Positions 52,956-64,000 of a stretch of DNA of 64,000 nucleotides are shown here, one piece after another (position 1 is the stretch's first letter; each line of letters opens with the position of its first letter). Position numbers and translations under genes: made by a program. The DNA comes from Dimorphilus gyrociliatus. Taxonomy: Eukaryota > Animalia > Annelida. The notes beneath the pieces were generated by a model, which was not told where the DNA came from, did no database searches, and saw only the letters and a program-made list of their open reading frames with translations. The DNA lies in assembly GCA_904063045.1 (NCBI GenBank), contig CAJFCJ010000020.1:798916-862915 (forward strand). Reading direction: 5' to 3'.

Positions 52956-55132
52956 TTTCATTTCCCTTTTTACGGGCTCATACGAATAGCAAACTACTGC
53001 TAATTAACCTCTCCAGCTTTATCGATTTTTGAAACGATATACTTTCTTCGTATTATTAAAAGAGAATCGGATGGAAAGAAATAATATATTAAACTAAATG
53101 CGATATTTCAAAAATGTTTCTTTTATTCTTTCACAAAATATCCTTTAATTGATAAAAACGTTTCCCAACAGGCAATTAACTCTTTCGGAAGAGAGCCGAA
53201 TCAGTTTCCATTTAATGGAACGGTACAAAAAGGTTGGAAATATTGCAAGACCAGTAGAAAATGCTATGAAGACTGTAAAAGTTGAATTTGGATTAGCATT
53301 GATTCAAATTTTAGACTTTGACGAAACAAATCAAGTATTGACAACAAATGTTTGGAAAAGATATGTAAGTGAAACGGATAGATTTTTTTTTCTCTGCATA
53401 CAAATTATTATCCCATTCTCACCTTACGTAACCTACAAATATTCAATTTTCCCTCAATTTTGCTTGATTGTTTGATTTAGATATGGCTGGATGAAATTCT
53501 TCGTTGGAACCCTTCGGAATTTGGAAATATATCCAATATTCGCTTACCAGCACCTAAAATTTGGACACCGGACATAGTTCTATACAATAAGTAAGATTTT
53601 AATGATAATGACATACACTAAAATAGGTTAGATTTAAAGAGTTCAGTTAAAGTTTTTCAAGTAAAACCACTTTAGTTTAGAAAACGTGTGACCATACTTA
53701 GAGCATTGTCGATCTAAGGTAATAAGAAACTAGTAGCTTCCTTAATAAGTTTAATTCTTATTAAATAATAATAATGAAATTGACAAATCTTTGTCAAAAA
53801 AAATACGATTAGTCTGTAAACAAAGAAGGTAACAAATAATATAAAAAACTCCATTAACCTTATAAATGACCCCAGTATCTAGAATTTGGAACCTTATACG
53901 CTTATTATAATAAATACAGCGCTGATACCCAAGAAAAACAACACCTGGAATCAGTAACGGTTGCTCACTTTGGTCTTGTTAGATGGATTCCCCCGGCAAT
54001 TTACAAGTCCAGTTGCCAGATCGAGATGAGAAATTTCCCCTTCGATACCCAAACTTGTTTCTTCAAATTTGGTTCCTGGGTGTATGATGGGCATAAATTA
54101 GATCTCGTGTTTTATGAAGGAAGAGACGATGTGGACTTGAGAGAATATGTTGAGAGTTCCGAATGGAATGTTGTTTGTTAGTAATTTTTCATATGAAAAA
54201 AAAAAGAATTTAGGAACTCTTTTGTTTTTTAATGACAAAGCTTATTGGTTACATATATCTATTCTATTTTAGATACATCCGCAAAACGAAACGTTCGTAC
54301 ATATCCCTGTTGTGATGACGAACCGTATCCTGATTTGACGTTTCGACTGACAGTGAAAAGAAAAACAGCATTTTACATGTATGTGCTCATACTGCCCAGT
54401 GTAATGCTTTCGTTTCTCACATTGGTTCTATTCTGGATACCTCCTCAGAGACCCGATAGAACTAGCTTGGGTAAGTTTCTAGATTAATAATAATTGTAAT
54501 TTTTGTTAACAGTACGTCTATTATTCGCTTTTCTTTAAGGAATGAGCCTATTTTCAAGTTTTTTTGTTCTTCTCCTCATTCTCGTACAAAGTTCGCCACC
54601 TACTGCATCGATTTCCCTTCTGGGTGTCTATTACTGCTTGAATATGGTGCTCATAGCCATATCAACCATGGTTTCAGCACTAGTAATTAATCTGACATAT
54701 TATTTACAAAGGAGAAAACTCCCATTTTTAATTAAAGCCGTAAGCGATTTCAAATTATTGATCTTAAATGACAAAATGACAAAATGACGGAATTTTTAAC
54801 CTAAGAATTACATATATCAGATTTTTGTTCAACACCTCGGTCGACTATTATGTGTAAGCAGAAACAGTTTAGCTGATGAACCGAATGAAATAAACAAACG
54901 TACAAGTAGTTTTACTGAGCAAAGTTTCCCTCTACGGAATGGTAAAGCGAGCGAACAAACCCTATCGAAACGCAACGATTGGAAAATTTTAGCATCCGTT
55001 ATTGACAGGTATACGCTACTTTTCAATTTCCAATCATTCACTAAATTCTCGACTTTTTTATATTACAGGCTTTTTTTTATAATTTATACGATTGGTTTGG
55101 TTTTATCCTTAATTTTCGTCTTCCCCCGTTAG
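50725..55132 (+). CDS. Nicotinic acetylcholine receptor alpha-type subunit (Cys-loop ligand-gated ion channel), 8 exons
   Basis: Signal exon 50725-50846. WTPDIVLYNNA, Cys-loop CQIEMRNFPFDTQTC, loop B WVYDG, loop C YPCCDDEPY (vicinal Cys = alpha), M1-M3, short cytoplasmic loop, and DWKILASVIDRLFFIIY M4 ending FPR*. Confidence 0.95.
52895..52953. repeat. (TC)n microsatellite in nAChR intron 1
   Basis: About 29 perfect units read directly. Confidence 0.95.
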
Positions 55133-55335
55133 TCTAGGCGCCATCTATCGTTTTTTCAAATATAAATAGTTTAAACAGAGAATAAAATATATCAGCCTTG
55201 TATTTTCATAGTTTAAAATAGTTTTATTTTTCTAATGCAAATTCAGGAGTGAATGACAACATAAAAACCGCAAAAGCAGTTAAGCGGATAAAAGTTTTTG
55301 AATTCCAATAGCTGTAAACAATTAGAAGTTCAATC

Positions 55336-56739
<1,404 letters not shown>

Positions 56740-56977
56740 TCAAGATGGCGGAGGTAAAAAATTTTTTTAAATTTCTCTCTCGTAATTGTTATGACGAGAA
56801 TTTTTGAAAAAGCTTTTAACTGAATAATATAGTGTTTAGAATTATTTGATTTACCTTTTAGATTTTCACGCAGGCTTACTGGGTAAATTCAGAAATTAAT
56901 CGCTTAGATTTTCAAATGAAACTGAAACTCTACGCAACAACTGAAATTATATATGCGAAAATTGTATGTTTAACCAG

Positions 56978-56988
56978 GCGCATGCGCA
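56978..56988. promoter_or_regulatory. Perfect NRF-1-type palindrome GCGCATGCGCA upstream of polyubiquitin exon 1
   Basis: Read directly, about 125 nt upstream of the 5' UTR intron donor. Confidence 0.55.
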
Positions 56989-57184
56989 GATCCAGTCTTG
57001 TTACTAATGTCAATTTTTTATTTTTTCATTTGGCATTTTGTTATGTAAAATATTTTAGATTACTCGGCGTTATTTATTTGTAAAAGGAATACTTTATATT
57101 TTATTGCGTTAATTGTAGACTAAATACGCTGTAAGTGTTAACAAAAAGAGGACAAAATTTTGCGATACAACTTCCAACCTGGAA

Positions 57185-57207
57185 TGACGTCAGATTTATT
57201 TGGGCGG
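57185..57207. promoter_or_regulatory. CRE palindrome TGACGTCA (57185-57192) plus GC box GGGCGG (57202-57207)
   Basis: Perfect consensus matches in the intergenic region upstream of both polyubiquitin (-) and the 58750 gene (+). The target gene is unknown. Confidence 0.45.
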
Positions 57208-58749
57208 AATTTTCTGGATTGTTTGTTGGCATTTTTTGGTTGCACAAGGAAATTTTGCACAACGCTTACGTTGTTTTTCTATACTTGTGCCCAAAATTGC
57301 TTCCCGTTTCGCAATAATTTGAAAATATGAATCATTTATTATCATGTGATACAACATGACAATGCTATGTAGGTACTAGATTCTTAAATTATATTTTTGC
57401 ACAATTCATGATTAAATTTTATAATGGTGATATACGACTAAAATTTTATGTAGTTATTAGGTCATATTCAGCTTATTCTTTCTAAGAATTTTACATTATG
57501 TTTTAATACAATTGATGTCAAGAATAATGTAATTCCAAATGATATTATCATATTTAAATTACTAATCATTTTATATTCTTCTCTAAAAATAGAGAAATAG
57601 AACCTTGACGATACATAAACAAGTATATGAATTGTGTATATAATCTAAAGTTGCCTTAACTATTCTCTAACTCAAAAAATCAGAAGTAGAAGAAAATAAA
57701 CAACGAAAAAAGTTGGACTTTGGCCTAGGTGTAAGACAGGTCTTATCAGTTATTTTATCGAATTAAGGACTTTATATTAACAGACAAAATAGAAAAAAAT
57801 ACATGAAATCTATCAAAACAACAATTTATATTCTATAAGGCGAAATAAGCATACAATTCGTGTGAGAACAGTTTTATATTCTAAATATATATATGTATAG
57901 CTCTAACTACTGCGTCGCAATAAAAGAATCACTTACAAAATAGAGGAGTATATTGCAAATATAATACTATATTAAATATATACATATATATATATATATA
58001 TATTACATACATAGGCCTAAAAGAAATAACTAAAAACAAGATATATTATATATTTTAAGGGAAAGGTATATTAACATTACAAGACGTGCACAATATACAG
58101 TATATTTTTTACTTTTCATTACATATAATTTCGAAATGACATTGAACGATATGCTCAATGTCATCTATATATTATATACATTCAACTTGAATATAGATTT
58201 CATAACCTTTAGTATACACTATATTTAATCTGATAGACCCTTATTAGGTTAATAGGATCTGTATAATCTTTTGACTAATACTTTTAATTCTTGCTAATTT
58301 TCTTTCTTTATAAAATATATATACATGTTCTTTATTTATCCGTATATACCGTTTCATTGTATGGAACAATTGGATATATTAAATAGAATTCCATGTTCAA
58401 TTAGTCGCCTATTTATCATTTCATAACTTGGTTTTTATAATAAATGACACGATTTAGTGCTAATAAGTATACAGTTATATAGGTCAATAGCTTAGTCTTG
58501 TTTCTTTCTTAATCGTTAAAATGCATAATGTATATTATATATTTAAAGTGATTAAATACTGTTGTTTTTTTTGTTGACAGCTGTAAAAAAAAACATACAG
58601 TACTTTACGTAGCAGATGTCAATTTGTTCAAATATATCGATATAGATGGCGTTAGTGGATGGGTATACTTTTTCATTTTCTCCTGGACCGCACTGAAAAT
58701 ATTCACGAACTCTTTACAGAATTTAGGTAATTATGAACGTGTTTAAAAC

Positions 58750-59263
58750 ATGATTACAGATTCATTAAAAAGGAAGTGGAATGGTAATAGTACTGTTAAA
58801 GGAGAGTGGTCTAAATATCGAGTAATAGATAAACCGTTTTATCCATACTTTCTTTTGAATGAGACTCGGCTAAAAGGTCAGGTAAAAACGGATCACAAAC
58901 GCAAACTGCCCTTAGACCCTGTCACTACAGAAAAGAAAGCGAAATTGGAGAACGAGCCGGTTTGTATTACTTAAATTGTGTATAAAAAATATATAAATAA
59001 CATTCTATTTTTTATTTATTTACTTATTTGTAGTTTGAAAATGGTGAGCGATTTTATAATGATTTCATACACTTATTTAGATACATCCTGAAGAAATGAA
59101 GCAAGAGTTCAATGATATTAACTACTGGAAGATTTCTTTACCAGATATATCTGCAGAGTTATTGCATAACGAACGCGATGATAATATGGATTTGGAGGAG
59201 AATTTTAATTGCTATCAATATTGGAAAATGCCTCATCTTGAATTAGATTCAGAAAGTTTTTAA
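58750..59263 (+). CDS. Small (~130 aa) protein with bipartite NLS and two AF1q/C9orf40-type (WRNPLPNID-like) motifs; exons 58750-58959 and 59081-59263
   Basis: Phase-0 GTTTGT donor at 58960 and TTTAG acceptor at 59080 join ...KRKLPLDPVTTEKKAKLENEP to IHPEEMKQEFNDINYWKISLPDI...NFNCYQYWKMPHLELDSESF*. Family assignment is from motif recall only. Confidence 0.6.
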
Positions 59264-60733
59264 GTTCAATAATTGATACCATTTTTTTTCAAAATTGTCT
59301 CGTATTACTCTTTTATAAGTTAGTTGGCTTCGGCTTACGATTTCTGTATGGATTGTTTGTGCCTTGATAAAGCCTTGAAATCCACTAACGTGTTCAGATA
59401 ATTCCGATTTTTGAATAAATAGACTTTTTACTTTTTTTAAACTGTTTGTCAAAAGTATGAAAGATTGGCTCGAGTATGTGTATACACTACAGATGGCGGT
59501 ATTAAACGTGAGTGTTAGCCAATCACCGTTGAAGGAAAGTGTCACATTACAACGCATAGCGGGAAAAGCCTACACACAAGCGTTTTTGCAATACCGTAAG
59601 GTTAGTTTTCAAGAGTCTGCCTCTGTTTGGTTAGAAACAATTTAACTAAATCAACTGGACAAAAGGATAAACGAAACAAAGAGTTTGAAAGGTATTACCA
59701 TAATTATTTTCTATCGGGGCAGTTTATTTTCGTTACTGTTGGCTGATGCTCTCAATTAACTTAGTACCGTCTTATTGAGGGATTTTTTAGCGTATAAAAT
59801 TCTTTACGCGGTATCAGTTCCTTTGGATTGACAAATTTGCAAGCGATGAAAAAGAATAATTGAATAAGTGCGAAATGAAAACATCATTCAGTAACATTGA
59901 ATAGAGTTGATAGAATGCTCTCCTCCTAAAAGTTAGCATGCATAGACATGCGTATTATCGAACGACGCTGCCGTCTAAATATAAACCTTTATTTTCTTTG
60001 CATTTTTATAGCCCTATCAGAAATAATTCTTTCTTCTACGATAACCCTTCCCCCTTCCTATGTTTCATTATTTTTTCTTGGTAGGCGACGACCAGGTGCA
60101 CTTATTGTAATAAATAAAAGTAACGCTTAGTTCAACTATGTTTGTGTTTCACGATTCTAGACGTGCTGGACAGTAGTTTAAACGGATTTTCAAACACTTG
60201 TTAATAAGGTTGTCAGTTGTCTATAACGCTAGAGGTCGGTAGAGAAGCGTAGAAGGGTAAGCTAAAAGGCAACGAGTGGAAAACAAATAAGACTTTTTTA
60301 AAAGGATTACAGTCGTCGTTTAAATCTCGTCAAAAATTATTCTCGACAACTGAGCTCGTTAAAGTCGGCCAGTTATGTAATACAGCATCTCCCTCTCTTA
60401 CGCAATATAATATTAGATTGGCATTTTTGGATAGATGTTTCTTTTACTTGTACACCTGTTCCTAATAAATGAAAAGATTTTCTTTCTTGTCCTTTACTCT
60501 TAGAGTTATCATTTCAGATATGAACTATAGCTGGAGGACGCTTTCTGCTTAAAGGTCTCGCAGCGGACAGTAAGAAAGCCCCTGGGGGCCAAAGAGAATT
60601 TTATTATTCAATTTAAAGGGCTTCAGGGAGATAAGAAGGCCGGGTGGACAGTAGGTAGGAAAGGGAAAACAAATAGAATAAACGCAATGCGTGAATTACA
60701 AAATAAACTTGTAATATTGTGAACAAATCGGAT

Positions 60734-63700
60734 ATGCAAACTACAAGTCCAGTGTACAACATTAGAAAACCACAACCTCCGCCTAGGGATCCTGGAACGA
60801 AGATTCAAAGTGTGAGAACTTTTCAGGATGTGCCTAGGCCTAGTGTTCGACGTTTGAATAGGAGTCGATCAAGCCAAATTACGGCCTCTCTAGATCACAT
60901 GAATGCCACTGTTGATCTAGCTTCGCCAGCGCCCCCTGCAACAGGCCAAGTTAACCCTACTTACAGGCACGACTATGAGAATGTCCAAGCCTATTCGCCA
61001 AGGGAAGAGGAGCATAGAGCCAGAATAGAACATAAGAGTCGGCCCGTACCCGAATACTCTCCGATTGGGAGGCAGAAGTCGATATTGTCGAATAGAAGCA
61101 TGATAAGTTATAGGGAATCGACACCAGCTCCACAAACAGATAGCTTAAACAGATCGACATCAAAGTTCGACTCTTTGAGAAAAAGTTTCCTCGGGATCTC
61201 TCGCCCCAGTTTAAGCTCCTCTAGGATTACATTAATACGGGGTTTGGGATTGGGAAATGCTTTAACTTCATTATGCGCTATAACACTCGCATCCCTCGTC
61301 TTCGCCGTTTTGTCCATGATGCTTCTGTTCCAGTTTAGTGAGAAAAAAATGAGCATGAGTTCCAGCAATTCTGTTGTCACACAAACTGTATACAGCTCGA
61401 CGTCTGAAGCAGGCGTTGCTCTCACCTCTCTATCAGTTATGCTGAACTTGTGCTGTGTAACAGCAGGTATACTACAGTCTTTCTTCTCTGCCAAGCTACT
61501 TAAAGTACCTCAGGGCGAGGAAAGGTTTGTTTTCTTTATTTCTTTATCGGACCGTTTTAGGGAAGAGTAGTAATATAGGTCAAAGTAATTTACGAGCGGC
61601 GCTTCCTTTTAATGTACCCTCACCGCCTCGTAATTTTGACGTAAGGTGAACAATTGAAGCCTAATCGTAAGGAAAAAACCATAAAGAAAGCAAATATAAA
61701 AAAAGAAAGGGAAGATATCCGTTAGTTGATACTCGTAGGAGGGAGCGCTTGACGCCTGTTAAACCGTTAAGTTGACCCGGGGTCAACCCTTCAACCTACT
61801 GTTCGCTGTTTACGGAACTCTTACGACATCAAAAGAATCTCGAGAGCTCGTTAGTTTTCCAAACTACTCCTCCTATCCAACCTCGGCAGGTGTTTGAAAT
61901 TTTCAGGCCCGAGCTAATGGTTCTTTTCAGAAAATTTTATTTAATTCCTTACATTTTCAATTACCTTCCCCCTAACCGACAATTTAATGGTTCTTTCACT
62001 TCCGGTTTCAACTCCGATGACAGTTAGAAATGATATTTTATTAATTGGCTGTTCAGGACTTGGCATGTTTACGGGTCGATTGATGTGGTAGATAAGCGTG
62101 AAAAATGAGAGGGGGAATAGATTAAATTTACTGATACAGCTTGTAATAAAAAATTTAGGTAAATTGTTACTTATTTCTAAGGTATATAGTAACAATTTCT
62201 CAAGATTGGGTTTATATCATTTCTTAACAAAGTACGTAGAGGATAGAAGCTTTCAAGTAGTCTTATTTGCTAATTCATCATTCGTTGTAACTTGTGAAAA
62301 AGTCGATTGTACTGAAGCCCAAAGCTATTGTTAATGAATTTTAATACCTCCATTCTTGGGGGAAATAAATGCATTGAAATCGCTACGGTAAAAGGGAGTT
62401 TTTTTTGGATAATATTTATATATATATATATACTATACTGTATATATATTTATAGATATATCAATATATCTTTTATTTTTCAATATTAACACTATGGTTT
62501 TTTGAAATGCTTATAACGTATTTACGCCTTCGCGATTGATTGCATTCTCACTTTGCTTGCTCAGATCACCGTATAGTCTTTAATTGAAATTCCTCCGTTG
62601 TCCATGAGTATCTCGATTGAATAAAAGTTCTTCATTGGCCATTACAGCGCAAACTAGAATTTACTCGATAAAATAAAAATACCCTAGGTTCACTTTCACT
62701 AGATACAAAGAAACGTCTGTCCAGGTACTCAACGGGACGTCTCAACGATAGCGCGGGATGGGTATATATTATTTATAATACCTGAATATTTATGAACTAA
62801 GGTATTTCTGGAATTTTATTTTAAACTTCCAACCGAGGAGGGATACTTCACACATTAAATCACGTGACCGCAATTCCAAAATGAACTGTGGGCACCTCTC
62901 AGTGGAAAACCTTTGAACATATGTCGGAAGTAACACGCGACTAGAAAGAATGACAGTAAACGATTTAAATATACAAATAATACTTCAACTTGTGTATAAA
63001 AAACGCATTTGTGTCTCAATGGAAGTGAATTATAATAAAGTGAGCGGTGGGAAAAAAGAAAAGTGTTCAAAAAACCTTTCCGTAACCCCTTTATGCCTTT
63101 GTAATTTTTTTAAGCCCTATATATTATTGCCTTATGTTATTTCAGTTACCTTACTAAATTTTCAGTTTCTAAGCCTAGCTCTCAATATTCTTTTGATGTC
63201 TTTACCTATCCGCGAAACATCGAAAAATATTGCATAACGCTATTTGACAGCGTGAGAAACTTTAAATCACCAAAAATGAACAAAGATTCAAAACATGAGC
63301 TTTTTTCTAGTATTTCTTTTATTCTGTTTGAACCATTGTTCAACATGTTTAATCTGTACCAATCGGCTTTGTTATTTCGACGGTGATCTATTGTAGTAGA
63401 TAAATTAGTGAAGAACGCAAGATGGCATCAATAGTCGATAGCAATATAACAACAATTCGATAGGTGGCGACACCTGTTGGATAAACATGGTAACACTCTG
63501 TCGTCGAATCAGCCTTTAAAATAGTTTACTTTTAGTTTTTTTTACTATATAATTAGTTTTTTTTATATTTACAGAGCATTTCGGTACCTGAAAGAATGCG
63601 CCGGAACGCGAATGATTGCTGTGGGCGGTTTCTTCTTTTCAGTTCCATGCTTCTTAATAGGTTTGAGATGGACCATAAATGCTAAAGCGAACAACACTAA

Positions 63701-63955
63701 TTCCACTTTCTATTCACAGCTACTCTTCTTTATATCCTTCTTGAATTTCGGACGGCGTCTGCAATTATAGCAATAGTTGTCTTTACAGTTGGCGTAGCTT
63801 TTGTACTGGCCACGGTTGTGCACTCAATCTACTTTTGGAGATGTGAAAAAGCCGACGTAGACTTGGACGAAAAAACGAAACCGACAATGAACGGTGCTTT
63901 ACCTCGTAAGGCGGAACAATCAATTAGCCATTGTGAATTGTCGACACTCGTCTAA
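60734..63955 (+). CDS. TMEM221: TMEM221/Jiraiya-like multipass membrane protein, 3 exons (60734-61524, 63575-63660, 63720-63955), 370 aa
   Basis: Four hydrophobic segments (LASLVFAVLSMMLLFQ; EAGVALTSLSVMLNLCC; RMIAVGGFFFSVPCFL; AIVVFTVGVAFVLA), a long Pro/Ser/Arg-rich N-terminus and C-terminal ELSTLV*. Exon phases are consistent (1113 nt). Family is recalled, not searched. Confidence 0.7.
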
Positions 63956-64000
63956 AGCAATAACGGAGGGCGGACAGAAGAAAGTTATAAAAAAAAAATC

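Noticed and set aside
57590-57830. Exon-like, Lys/Glu-rich stretch with splice-like signals
   Set aside because: All frames are interrupted by stops and no ATG could be linked. At most a non-coding exon.
58136-58164. 10-bp inverted repeat ATGACATTGA...TCAATGTCAT
   Set aside because: A short AT-rich stem compatible with chance in 64 kb, with no other ncRNA features.
59249-60130. ORFs 59249-59557 (-), 59457-59645 (+) and 59948-60130 (+)
   Set aside because: No recognisable motifs or convincing exon structure. Probably UTR or intergenic sequence.
60623-61494. Several minus-strand ORFs over the TMEM221-like exon 1
   Set aside because: Antisense shadows favoured by the locally higher GC content.

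Overview
AT-rich (roughly 30% GC by eye) metazoan genomic DNA with mostly short GT-AG introns (about 50-120 nt), so the ORF track is fragmented into exons. A spiralian/lophotrochozoan invertebrate is inferred, not proven. Left end: a short IRF-family transcription factor gene (+) and a convergent DNAJC28-like gene (-). About 48 kb (2.7-50.4 kb) is one cluster of 11 hand-assembled multi-exon genes encoding secreted proteins built almost entirely of tandem 6-Cys PAN/Apple domains (about 126 domains by my count). Seven genes lie on the minus strand and four on the plus strand, diverging from a head-to-head point near 25.4 kb. The last is a ~3,100-aa giant with 33 PAN domains plus C-type lectin, EGF and C-type lectin modules. 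Right end: a nicotinic acetylcholine receptor alpha subunit with an unusual M2 pore, a 6-repeat polyubiquitin gene, a small two-exon gene with two AF1q/WRNPLPNID-type motifs (its motif-bearing exon is absent from the ORF track), and a TMEM221/Jiraiya-like membrane protein. No rRNA, tRNA, CRISPR array or recognisable transposon was seen. All gene models and domain counts are manual and need RNA-seq/HMM confirmation.
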